Positions 25,251 through 37,743 of a stretch of DNA of 64,000 nucleotides are shown one piece after another. Below the pieces are notes generated by a model, which searched no databases, was not told the origin of the DNA, and saw only the letters and a list, made by a program, of their open reading frames with translations. This DNA is from the human T2T-CHM13v2.0 reference genome, Homo sapiens. A program made the position numbers and the translations under genes. The stretch lies in NCBI RefSeq assembly GCF_009914755.1, contig NC_060934.1; one strand, 5' to 3'. Each line of letters starts with the position of its first letter. Within the stretch, counting starts at the first letter, position 1.

Positions 25251-27739
25251 GTTCGCTGTGTCCTGGATGCCCAGTGCCTGGCAGGAGCAGGTCCATAAAT
25301 GGTGTTGGAACGAATCAGGCCTCTTCACTGACCGAAAGGAAACTTTTCTCCAATCTCCTATCCACCCTTCTCTTTTTGAAAAGTCCGTAAATTGACTGAA
25401 AATGACATCCCCCACCCAGACGAAGGGCGATAGGGAAGCAAATAGTTTCCACAGGGAGTAGAGATGTAGGGAGGCACTGGGCTGGCATCAGAAGACCTGG
25501 TTCCGGCCGCGCCTCTGCCGCTATCAGTGTGTGTGACCTTGGCCGAGTCATTTCACCTCCATGAGCCTCAGTGTTTTCACGAGTAAAAAAGCCAGTTCTA
25601 CCTCATGTCTAAGACTCCATCACGACTCTATGGGCTCGACGTCAAAAGGACCCCCGTGGGGACTCACACTGTGGTGGACTGTGCAAATCATGTGGAGACC
25701 ATGCCCCAAACACGGGTTTCGAGTTTCAGGGGATAATACATGTGCCTTTCCTAGCACAATGCGGCACATAAATCTCCTTTTGCCCCTCTATTTCTCAATT
25801 GGAAGAGACGCTTATGTACCACCCCATTGCTGTTAATTCTGTTCGTGTCTTACCTTTCCAAGGAAATTCTAAGTTTTGGGACTGCCTTGTCTATCATGCA
25901 GTCCCTTCATAGTGGCTAGCATGCAGCAGACAATTTACTGAATTACTTAATGCCTTTTTTCCCTTTACAAGACTAATTTTGAGAGTAAAACAATATGATA
26001 CATGTAAATGCACGTTTTTTTAACTTAAATGGCCATAAACATGTAAAGTATCGTGTTTATTATTTTCAAGCAAGGTTTAAAACTTCTCATTCAAGGCAGA
26101 ATTTTTCATCCCTGGGAGACAGTGTATGAAAAGGCCATGTGTGGAAAACAGAACAAAATCATCGTACTGCGAATATAGCATCTGGATCCCAGAGTGCACA
26201 GTTGTCAACTTTAAAGAAAAATATTCTTAGGGATTTTTAAACAGTACGTTGGAACAGTCAATGGTGGAATTTCACCAGGATCTCTAAGGAGAAATAATTT
26301 GACACCTGAAACTTACAAAAACCAAATAAACATCATGAAATCAAATTTAATTAAGTTTAGAGTTCTTATACATTTTAAAAGTCTTCATGTCTCTATTAAA
26401 GGTTGTAATTAAACAATAGAAAATTAATTATAATAGTGGATGTGTATTTCTGAAGAGCTTAAATTGGTAAGCTTTATTAATGATTATAAACTTGTTTACA
26501 AATATAATTTCACTCATCTCTGAAATATAGCCATCTCTAGGGTAGAAGTTGGCAGCAGTAGTTCACAGCAACTCAATAACATACTCCAACACAACTCAGA
26601 GAATACTCTAAAGGCAAGAGCTGAACAATTGGAATTACTAACCTCTCTTTCTGTAGCACCTAAATTTCTTTTGAGTTTTCCCAACAGCTGGCTAGAGCCA
26701 AAATTGTTTAGTTTTACTGGTGAAATCAGAAATTATGACTTAAAATTTTTTAAGCCAGAATAAGAAAATAACATATTTTTGCCCCCGGGGAAAGCAAATA
26801 AACAAACAAACCAAATGAGCTAAATAGAATCTGGGATTGCATTATAATAAGGAAATGACTTCCTATAGAATGTTTTCCTTTTTTGATTATATTAAGAGAA
26901 TAAAAATATGACAGTGGAGTCAAAGATATGGTTGGCTTATAGTGAAAAATAATGACAATTACATAAGATCTGGGATCAAAGTGCTTCTCCCAAAATGTTT
27001 ATTGTTTTACAGTTTTAAAAATTCTTTTGACTAATTCTAAGATATACATGGACAACAATTTAAAAAGGAAAGGATTGCGTGTGTAAGGACAACATACCAG
27101 AATTGAAGAGAGTCACTTTTTAAAAAATTATCCTATGACTAATGATACATCCGGAAATGTATGGTACAATTCCAAAATCAAAGTCTTGGGAAAATAATAT
27201 ATTTTAGAAGGAAAATGCTGAACATTCTAATTTTAAACTGTTAACAATGCCTACAGCAATGAATAAGAATGCTTTGACCAGAAAGTTAAAATAGTCAATA
27301 TTTATTCCCCATGAGTAGAGGATTTCACAGATGAAAATATTTACTACATGTTGCCCCTTTCAGTCCCATAAAGAATAAGTCCCATAAGGAGACCTATTCC
27401 AGACATTGGGGGAGATTTTCCCTTTGGACAAAGGCATCTCTAAAATCACATCTTGCAAATCTGTTGCAGAACAATTATAATGCTCTCATGTTTAAATAGC
27501 CCACTGGGTCAAGCGTGTTAATGCTCCCATGTACATTATGTAATGGATATTAATTATTTTCCAGATGGAGATTCAGAAACATAAGGACAACAAGAAACTT
27601 CCCCAAGGTATCATTATAGTCTTTAGACTTCAGACACACACCACACCTCAAATATATACACAACTGAAAGGTATGTAAAATTCATATATATGTACATATG
27701 ACAAAGCCCCAGAGTTATATTGGAGATACATAGATAGAT

Positions 27740-27786
<47 letters not shown>

Positions 27787-30224
27787 CAATCTCCTTGTAA
27801 TCGGTTGAAAAGTGAAAGAGTATTTGGCAAATTGACTTGAAATTATTATGGCAATGAACTGGCATTTGGGGATTTTTGGGGATTGTTTTGTTTTGTTTTC
27901 ATCGCTGGACTGATCAATTTCTCTTCTGGGATTGGGCAGTGTGTGGATACATTTTGTGATGCCCAAGAAGTAACATGGTATGTAGTGTAAAGAGCTCTAG
28001 TCAGCAGCCTGGGTCTTAATCCCAGGGCTGCCTATTACTAGCTACATCTCTTTAGGGAAGTCATTTTTCTTCTTTGGGCTGTCTTGTAAAATGAGACTTT
28101 TATAGCAGCCACCAAAGGATCCTCTAACATTTAAAGATTCTACATAGTATATCCACAACGCAAAGAAGCAAATTGCATTATAATTATCTAACTGAATTTG
28201 GTCAATATACTAAAGCAGATTTCCTTTTTATGTAACATATTAATAAAGAATTCTCTAATTCAGGAGAAAAAAATTATTTTTTAAGATTTCCTGACAGCTC
28301 TGTCTCCCAAATGAAGGTAATTAATGATCACAGAAAGCAAGTGAATATAAGTTTTATTAATAGGCTCTGCATGAGGCAATTGACACCAACAGCTCAAGAT
28401 TTGGAAGAAATTGCATGTATGTGCAAGTGGTTTTGAGCAGCCTTGAACTTTTTAATTGTAGTAATAAGTTTATAACTTCTATCTGTATTATTTGTAGCTT
28501 TTTTGAACTGTGAAAATATGCTGAGATTGGTAAGAATTTACGGAGCAAAATACACATTTGCATATAAGAAGGTTTTGTATGGGAACATCTTTCAATTTCC
28601 TTTTCATAGTATCATAGTATTCCATTGTATAATTTTTATTCCTACAACAAAATGCATATTAATGCATAGAACACGAATTGATTAACTTTAACTGGTATAT
28701 GGCATTGGGTGAGATGAATAAGCCCCATTTGATCTTTTCTCCTTCCAAAGGACATTTAAGTTATTTCCACTTTTTCAATTATCATAAACAATGCTGCATA
28801 AACATCTATATATCTCCTATGCACATATGCAGGGATTTGTTTTGGTAATTGATGATGAAATTATTGGGAGTTTGTGAATGAGAGTATGGAACACCCATGG
28901 GCCTGAGTATTAGACTTGAATTCTAATCCTGGTTCTACAAACTAAGGAGTTATAGACCTGGCAAGCCATATTCTGTCTGTGCCTCAGGGACTCCTTCCAA
29001 ATCCAGAATTCTCAAACTCCTTTTGTTATATTTACTGAGAAGCAGAGATTATTGCTATTGGAAGAAGATTTTGTGACTACTTTGGTATTTGTCTTCAAAT
29101 TTCAATTGTCTCATCATCATGAGTCTTTCTGAAATCTTCCAGAACATTGCTGCTTCTACAGATTTAGGTGCGGGTTAATAAGGGCTGGAGAGTTTTGATT
29201 ATTCCTGAAGGCAATGATTAGCAGAGTTATATAAACTTATCATATTTGTACTTTGTAAACATCTGCTAAATTTTTTATGTTCAATTAAAATCCAAGACAG
29301 GGATATTTTTTAAACAAAGAACGGGGTATTCAAATTATAATATTTCTAGGACGGCCTGGAATCCATAAAATTTCTGGGATAATATTTCTGGAAATACATT
29401 CATTTAGAGAGCATTAAACTGGTGGGCGGATGGCAAAAACATTTTGTGGTGGTGGTTTTTTCCCCCATGTGAGATCGACTGTTCTCTGCCTTTCTACTTA
29501 TTTGATCTATGTTAAAAAAAGTAAAGGGCTTTTGTTGTGTTTTGTTTTATTTGTTATATTTTGTGTGTTTGATATAAAGCCTGGGGGAAAATGACATTTT
29601 GAAGGATAGATCCAACTCTTCTTGTTCCAGGGCCAGATTTTAAACATTTCTCCTAAAGCAACTTTCAACTGACCTGAACAATGTTTTAGTCCATCTGGAT
29701 ATCTGATCATAAAAGCACTTTGGGCTTAGAACTGTATGCTTATCTTTTACACATTCTGGGTTAGGTCACCTTCAGTGCACCTATAGGTTGTTGCCAGTAT
29801 GTATTATAATCATTTTCTGGTTATTGGAATGATCATGGCTGATCTGTACAGCCAAAACTGAGCATAAGATGTTGCTTAGCAATGTATACCTAAAGGAGAT
29901 ACCTCATTTCAGGAATTATGTAGTATAGTGGACAGAAATCTTCTGGCTTAAAAAACTAATGTTGTATATGACCTTGAGCAACTTAAAGTCCTCTTCCAGA
30001 AAACAGTGAATTTTACATTTCTTCTCTCTCCAAACTTGGATCTTGGGTTATCCAGAATGGCTTCCCAATAGATTCAAATCAATGAGAAAATGCATTTTAC
30101 TGTTTTTTTTATCAAGTTTATGCAAGATGAGAAGGTATATGGATTGTGCAATTTGTGCCCATAACTATGTTCTTTTAACACAGGAAAATTAAGGAAGTTT
30201 TTCAAAGAACCCTATTCCGAGTAA
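25069..30224 (+). CDS. CASC2: CASC2 putative 76-aa micro-ORF, join(25069-25152,27565-27670,30184-30224); translation unproven
   Basis: 84+106+41 nt give an uninterrupted frame with strong Kozak gcaATGG: MAGTRGLMLLGPGPVAGPRDVGTCRGRQMEIQKHKDNKKLPQGIIIVFRLQTHTTPQIYTQLKGKLRKFFKEPYSE*. Confidence 0.55.
25465..25600 (+). mobile_element. MIR at the CpG-island shore
   Basis: 'tcagaagacctggtt...tgtgtgaccttggccgagtcatttcacctccatgagcctcagtgttttcac'. Confidence 0.7.
27565..27670 (+). ncRNA. CASC2: CASC2 exon 2 (106 nt)
   Basis: Acceptor attattttccag|ATG and donor AAG|GTATGT; in frame with the exon 1 ORF (MEIQKHKDNK...YTQLK). Confidence 0.85.
27731..27786. repeat. (GATA)n tetranucleotide STR
   Basis: About 13 GATA units with one GAT interruption, 60 nt downstream of CASC2 exon 2. 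Confidence 0.95.
27975..28100 (+). mobile_element. MIR fragment
   Basis: 'atggtatgtagtgtaaagagc..cctgggtcttaatccca..attactagct..gggaagtcattt..tgtaaaatgag'. Confidence 0.6.
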
Positions 30225-30249
30225 GAAGTGTGTTGCATGAATTTCTAAG
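30184..30249 (+). ncRNA. CASC2: CASC2 exon 3 (66 nt)
   Basis: Acceptor gttcttttaacacag|GA and donor AAG|GTAGGT; completes the ORF as GKLRKFFKEPYSE-TAA (stop 30222-30224). Confidence 0.82.
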
Positions 30250-30479
30250 GTAGGTTTTGCCCAGATCACCTTTATAATTTTGATGGTCTTCATTTTCCTT
30301 TCTGTCTACACTTGGACATTGGAAAAAAAAATTGAGCAAGCTAGCTTTGTAAAAGTGAAGTCTTCTGAATTAGGCACCTCAGGAATCAAGGGCTTGTAAC
30401 GCTTTCTGAAACAAGATTTGCTGCAAAGTTCCTTGGATGGAGACACTGAACACTGTTGAGTATTCACCCTGTGGTAGAT

Positions 30480-30650
30480 TTTTGTCCCCGGGCACTAATA
30501 ACAGTGTGACCTTGGGCAAATTGTGTAAACCTTCCAAATTTAGGTTTCCTCATCTGCAAAGTGGGTTGTTGGGAAGATTAAATAGGGGAATCAGGTAAAA
30601 GTACAGAGAGGGCCTGACACATAGGAAGTGCTCAAAAGATGCTTGTTGCT
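30480..30650 (+). mobile_element. MIR
   Basis: 'gtgtgaccttgggcaaatt..gtttcctcatctgcaaagtggg..gaagattaaat..gcctgacacatagg'. Confidence 0.7.
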
Positions 30651-31167
30651 GTTGGCTTGATGATGTGTCCCTTCTTTTCCAAGTACTTACTTTCCTCCTA
30701 TCTGAAGGCAAAGGCTACACAGCAATTGGTCTGGACTGTTCCTCACCAAATAATTAAGGATCCTGAGCTGTGGCAGGTGCCCCTGTAACCCAGCAATGGA
30801 GACCCTGAGTTATTTTTGTTTCAAGCCAAACTCAATGTTATTGGATACTCTTTTTCTAAACAAAAGTAACATAGAATAAGCCCTTAATAGTATTTCAAAC
30901 CTTCTTTTAAAATTCAATAATGACTTTCTAGGTATCATTTTAACAACTTTATAAAAATGAATCAGATCCTTGAGTTGAAGAAAAATAACTCCTTACATTA
31001 TATACCTATACGTAGCAAAATTGGAAATTTATGTAGTAGATCATGTACCAGGTAGTATTTTAATATTCTAGATTTTCACTTCAGAGAGAATTATGATAAA
31101 TTTAAAAACAAAAATATAACGTCCTGTGAATCTTACAACAAACATTCTGCTAACCAGTGTATCCATA

Positions 31168-31317
31168 CTCTCCTTCCCTTTCCTCTCCCTCTCCTCCTTT
31201 CCCCTCCCCTTTTCCCCTTTCCCCTCCCTTCCCTTCCCCTTCCCCTTCCCCTTCTTCTCCTTCTCCTCCTTCTTCTCCTTCTCCTCCTTTTCCTTCCTTC
31301 CTTCCTTCCTTCCTTCC
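31168..31317. repeat. 150-bp pure polypyrimidine low-complexity tract (CCCTT/CTTC/CTCCTT units)
   Basis: Only C and T on the + strand. Confidence 0.95.
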
Positions 31318-31545
31318 AACAGAAATGTATTTCTCACAAGTCTGGAGATGGGAAGTCAAAGACCAAAGTACCAGCAGAATGGTTGTCTAGTGAGGGCCCT
31401 CTTCCTCCTAGATGACAGTCTTTGCACTGTGTCCTCAAGGGTAGAAGGAATGAGCCAGCTCTCTGGGGTCTCTTTTATAAAAGTGCTAATCCCAGTCAAG
31501 AGGGCTCTGCCAGGGGCCCTGCCTCCCAATATTATCACCTTGGTG
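31318..31545 (-). mobile_element. MLT1A-like MaLR LTR fragment
   Basis: 'aacagaaatgtatttctcacaagtctggag..gggaagtcaaagacc..gctctctggggtctcttttataaaag..ctaatccc'. Confidence 0.75.
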
Positions 31546-34500
31546 CTAACCAATATTTTCTAACTTCCATTTGCTACTCTAATGTTAACTCTGTTATCTC
31601 AATTTTAATAATAATAATAGCTGACATTTGCTGATGACATGCCTTACACTGCATTCATTAACATCTCAATCTCATTTAATTTGAAAGAGATAAAGCAACA
31701 GCCAATACACACATTACCACTTTTTTTCCTATCCTGTTACAAAGGAGATGAGGTTGTGGGAGAACTCTCTTTAGGCATTGTTCACATCAGGACACTTGAG
31801 AAACAGATCCTTCATATCCTTTGGACAACTCTTGTACTTCAGTTGGCTTTAAGCATTATCAGAGCATCCTTGACATGATGCCAGGTCCTAACACCGCTTC
31901 AGTGAAAGCTCAGAGACAAGCAAAAGATAATTGATCTATTTTGTGCCGCATGACATACTCGATGAGCAGCAACATATACTGTGGTGTTTGGCCTCCATAA
32001 ACTGCAGAGAAATTGAAATATAGTAATAAACTTTATGCACGGACAAAGGGTGACCTAGGATATCACTGAACTCTTCTGCCTTCATAACCAAATGTCAAAA
32101 TGCTAATAGTCTGTTCCTTGTGGAAAAATGTTGAGTTTTCATTCGGGAGATCAGGACTTACACACTAACTCAACCTACAGTAGACACTTGCTAGAGAATA
32201 AAACACAATAATGCACGTAGAATCGTTCTGTAAACTGTAAAGAATTTTACAAATATGAAATTTTATTATGGTTTTAGTCTTGTATCTATTAAATGTATAC
32301 CTATTAGCATGCACACTTTTTTCTTCTAGCATCAAAGGTTGCTTAAAATAACAGTGGAACATTTAAAAGCAAGAGAATTCTAATTTACCATCATTCAAAT
32401 TATGTTAAATCCAACTCAACTTTATAAGCTAAGGAACATGTGAAGGATAAATAAAAATTTGATAGTTAAGAAGATAAATATATGCAGAGAAATTATGTGA
32501 TGAGTCAAATTGATTATTACAGGACAATATACTGTATTAATAAAACAGACTAAATTTAAATGTATTGTGCAATGGCAAACCTAGTGCCTTCTTGGAAAAA
32601 CATGCCTTAACAAGCTCATGTGGTTGCAAGGTTGATAATATCTTGATAATAACTTATGTTGTTCTTATTCCTAGTAATTGCTGGCCTCCTTATGACCTTC
32701 CGCCTAGTTTCAGGCAGTAGCTAGGAGAGCTAGACTAACTGCTCCAGAGAAGTGAGGCCAAGGCATGCAACAGAGTCACTTCTCCGCTTTTCCATTTCAA
32801 AGTAGACAATAGGGGAAGATATAACAAAAGCCAAAATTTATGCAGTAAAGAAAAAATTGGGGAAGAATGCAATTAATGAAAGACCTACACTATACAAGGA
32901 TTTCACTGGACGAAGTGAAGAATAGGGAGCTTGTAAAGAAGATCAAGATAGTTGGACAGGTGGAATGTCTCCAAGACCTTTCCACTCGCCTCCCCACTTG
33001 TTGAGCATGGGAGCTGGGCAAATGGATGATAGACCATCCAGATAAATTTTGGCATCTAAAAGTAATTGTCACTTGCATCTTGTTTCTCAAGAAGGACCTT
33101 GAAAGTAAGCAAACTCCTAGAGCTCCCTAATCCCATGCACCACATTGGCTTGGAGCAGCAACAGTAGCAGTAGAATAGCAGAGCAGGGGGACTCAAGGCC
33201 AAGACGGTCTTGTTACAGGCAACTCCCTGAGCCTCCTTCCATCCGAGAGGTACCTGAGAACCTCTAAAAATTTCATTTCCCCCTGAAAGGTGAGAAAGTG
33301 ACTGAGAGAGGGCTGATAAACTAGGGTCCTCCAGGTCGGGATTGGGAAAATTCAGAATATACATGGATAAAGAACCAGGGACTGGCCATGATAGGACCTA
33401 CACCTATTACTTCATATGACTTGCTAATAGGAGTCAATGCTGACAGCCATAGACCTTCCTGGGCTTCTCCCTGGGGCCTCAATTTCAGTCCAGCGTTAAG
33501 AACTTAGTTTTGGTCTCAGGGAGAAGGATAGGGAGATGGAAATTTTACCTGAGTTTAAAAACCTGAATTTATGCAGATATGACATTTTCTGGATACATTT
33601 TGACAAGAGTAGAACTAGGGGAATCAAAATAGAGATTATGTTGAGTAACAGGGAAATAGAGTTACAGTTCTTGCCTATCATCTGAGTATATGGACTGAAA
33701 TACTGTACCTGCTACATACATTGTAAGCAAAGTGAGGTCATGGCCAGAGCCCAAGGGTTTGAGGAGCCTTCTATGACGTGATGAGATGGTCTTGGGTCCC
33801 CTATATGATTAGCTTGTGGTGGTACATTAGGACTAAATATTCCAAATGCATTAACATAAAGCTGAAGTGATGTCCTTAGTGAACTTGGTCTTAAAAATTA
33901 AGAGCATTTTGGTTGGGTGACCTACCAACAACATACAGGGAAGAGATACAGGATCTTGGTTGATTCTCACTGCAGTAGACATTGATTTTGTGGTGTAGCA
34001 GCTTGTAAAATTAATGCAAATTTGAGATGAACTAATAAAAATATAGTTCATGAAGGTGCCCCACTACTTGCCCTACCTCTCCTCTCCTGTTACAATAGAT
34101 CACCCATCTTTGTTCCCATCTGAGGACTCAGGTAATGGACTTCATCTCTTCTTGTCTTCTCAAGGATTTTGCATCTGCCATTATCCTTTCTCCCTCCTGT
34201 ATCCTCAGTTGTTTTCTTCTCTACTGGATCAATGTCATCAACATACAAATATTATCTAGTATTTCTCATATTAAAAAAAAAACTTAACTTGCACATACAC
34301 CCCTGTACCTCCTCCAGCTACCTTTCTGTTTCTTTTTAGAGCAAAACTTATTGAATGAAAAACTTGTTCATATTTACTTTCTCTTTCTGCTCTTTTTCTC
34401 TCGAACATACATCAATCAGATTTTTGTCGTCACCCCTCTACGGCTACACATTGTCACAGTCCATATCTTATTTGGCCAATTAGCAGCACCTCACACAGTT

Positions 34501-37433
34501 TGTTGCTTATTTTTTTATGGATTAGGTAAAATGAGTGTTTACATTTATAAAGCAGGACATCTTAGGAGAACTCCAAGGTTTGGATTGATGGCCTGTTCTA
34601 TTGTAATATTTTGTATATTATAGTTTAGTGTCATTATGATTCATGGTGATAAGTAGTAAAGACTTAACCCCAAAGCTGGCTTACTATGCTTATTTAATGT
34701 ATTTTTTTCAATTATATTTAAAATATATTTTCTATTCATTCAGTGCATCCACTATAAAATTTATTAGATAACTTGAATGAGCTGCTTCTCCAAAAAGCAT
34801 GATCGCTAAAGAGCACTCTTAGTTTACTAGCTGTAACAAGGGATTTGAAGCTGGGACTTCAGGCATAAATATTTGAGTCTTGGAACTTTTCTCTGGTTTT
34901 GTGATATATATAGTAACCTACAATTTTATACACATAATATGTAATATTAACATACTATATGTAATTTCTATGTTTAGTATTGTAAACTTCTTAGAAACAT
35001 AAATACATTGTGGTATACATTGTGTACTATTATAAATATAATTCATAAATATATAACATAATCACAAACAATATATACTAATTATGTTATAGGCATATAT
35101 AGTTAATATGTTGAATTTTATATGTATGTATATAATTTATATATTCTTTGGCTGCAGGAACCTGAGACTCATACCAGTTAATTTGTTTAGAATGGTTTTG
35201 TTATATTGATATATGTGGAGCAAATTAGAGGTATGGAATTTCATGGATATTTAAGCCTAGGAGTCAGTCCTGGCCTAGGTGTCCTGGAGTTTAGCGGGAG
35301 TTTGAGGGGTCTTGGCAGCAGGAATTCACGGCTTATACAGGTAATCCACTCCTGACGTGCCTCGCTCCTTCTCCCTATGTCTCCATCTCCTCACTGTCAC
35401 CTAGTGCTCTGTATTTTGGCTCTCCCTCCCAGCCCCTGCCTACTCCTGTTCTGCTTCCTCCTCGTAATGCTCCTTCTTCTTGCCAGGATTTCTTGTGGCA
35501 CTGACTTACAGCTTTTAGCCTTAACTTCCATGGTTGAGAGGAAGCATCAGCTTTTCTTGAGGCAGGACATATCATAGCAGCTCTGGCTCCGTGACCTGTG
35601 GTTGGGTGGAGGGAGAGAGCTAGGGCTCTGAGATCTGCATAGGATTTCCCTTTACTTAGGGATGTGGGCGGGACCAGTTCACGTGAATGGAGCTGTGGTA
35701 GGCAGATGTGATGACTGACATATAAAACATATTAAAACATAGTCATTGAAAGCTTCTGATGTGGTTCAAATTTCAGGGTCAATCTTCATTTAAGAACAAA
35801 AATACATTCTACTCAGTTTAAATGAAATATAGTGTTCAAAATCACTAAGTATAAGCTCTTATAACACAGATGCTGTATGATAGAAGCACATATCACTCCA
35901 TTTTTTCTATATTAATGTTTGTAGATTTTTTTCTTTAAATTGTTGGACTAATAATGACTTTGTAAATTATAATTGCTAATATTCTCTGGAGTGGAAGGCT
36001 TTTCAAATCACCTTCCACATTAATACCTATTTAAATTAAAAAAACTGAGTTGCATTTGGAATTTCTGGGTTTTTCTGTTTGTCATGCAAACATTCAGCTC
36101 TGTTCTTTTTATGATAATATGAAATAAAGTAGTTTCTCACAGTAACATTGTAAATCATTTGCTTTCTATTACATGCAGCTGGTTTTGTTACTATAATGAT
36201 TTTCTATGAGTGCATATTGCAGAACACATAAGATGCAATGTGATATTCCTTTACTCAGAATTTGTATGCAATTATTGTTTGCCCAAAAATAATGAGAAAA
36301 TTTGGAAATATAGTAATTTATTGTAATACATTTCTTTTTAATATGTATCTACACTGAGGGAAAAAATCTAACTTAAAAAAATGACATGCCATCTTTTTTT
36401 GTTACATAGACTAGAGTTTTCATCTCATGGAAAATTCAGAATCAAAATCAAAAACAGCTGAGGTAGTTACTTGGGTGCCTTCCTTCAGCTTATTCAAAAG
36501 AATATAGGATGAACAGTAAGAATTAAGTAAACCACAAATTATTTTGGAGTGTCTGGTTTATGTTATAAATAAATTTTTCACTGCTGGTTGTTTTTTCAAA
36601 GATAATGCCTGTATTTTTGATATTCATTCCTGTGATCTAATGTAAACTCTGTCCTGCCAGTTTGGTGTATTGGTAGTTCATGACTAAACTTTTTTTATTA
36701 CACTCATATGCTATAAATATTTCTCACTCTGCTCTTTTGAATCTCCCTAAATGGCAATAGTCTTTAAGACATGTCACGGAAAATGTTAAGAGAAATGTCC
36801 CACTTTTGTGTGGGTACATATTAATTTCACACCTTGAATGGAGCCTAGTTTCATCAATAATGAAGCATCTACTTTTCAGATGCTGAATTAAAAATTATTT
36901 TATTATTAAGAAGAAACAACAACAGCAACAACAAAAAGTAGAAGCAACAACAACAAAAACAGTCAAAATGAATTGTCACTGTGGCATCAATGTTTTGTTC
37001 CTTATTGGTCTTGACTAGAATTTTAAAAGACTTGATGGTAAATCCACATTTGTTTGTAGTTTAATGAAATCATAGTACGTTAGATTTTGGTTTTAAAGTA
37101 TAAATGTTTGTGAACCTTTTCTTATATACTTAAAAAAAATACTCATATTTTCATTCCTAACTACAAAGGTACCATCACTAACATAGTGCATTGCATGTAA
37201 TAGGGAAGACAGAAGATTACTAGTTATTGCCTGTGTGCCACATATATTAGTAGTGTGTTTAATTCTCACTACAATGTTCCGTTATTAGTCTCATTTCCTC
37301 AGTAGTTCCTGTGGCTCCATAGAAAGGAGCACAGAGTTTATAAGAGGGGGCAGAGTGGGGCAACATTGCACCAAGAAAAGGTTTCAGAGGCAAGAACTGA
37401 TGGAGAGGGTGATCCCTTAGGAGTGAGACATCA

Positions 37434-37743
37434 GGTTGAGCGTGGTGGCCATCTGTAATCCCAGCACTTTGGGAGGCCCAGGCAGGCGGATCACTTGAGG
37501 TCAGGAGTTTGAGATCAGCCTGGCCAACATGGTGAAACCCATCTCTACTAAAAAAAAAAAAAAAAAAAAAATAGAAAAATTAGCTGGGCATGGGGCGGGT
37601 GCCTGTAATCCCAGCTACTTAGGAGACTGAAGGAGAAGAATCACTTGATCCTGGGAGGGGGAGGTTGCAGTTAGCCAAGATCATGCCACTGCACTTCAGC
37701 CTGGGCGACAGGGCAACACTTCATCTCAAAAAAAAAAAAAAAA
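37434..37743 (+). mobile_element. AluS with an expanded (A22) middle linker
   Basis: Full dimer; 15-bp TSD aggagtgag(a/c)catca at 37419-37433 and 37744-37758. Confidence 0.95.

Noticed and set aside
24348-25296. Cluster of R/P/G/A-rich ORFs on both strands
   Set aside because: Expected from stop-codon scarcity in a CpG island; most have non-ATG starts. Only the uORFs and the CASC2 exon 1 portion were kept.
31068-31563. E/G/K-rich and S/P/F-rich ORFs
   Set aside because: Translations of the polypyrimidine tract and the MLT1 LTR.
34900-35145. TA-rich stretch as a second palindrome
   Set aside because: Low-complexity self-complementarity without unique paired arms.
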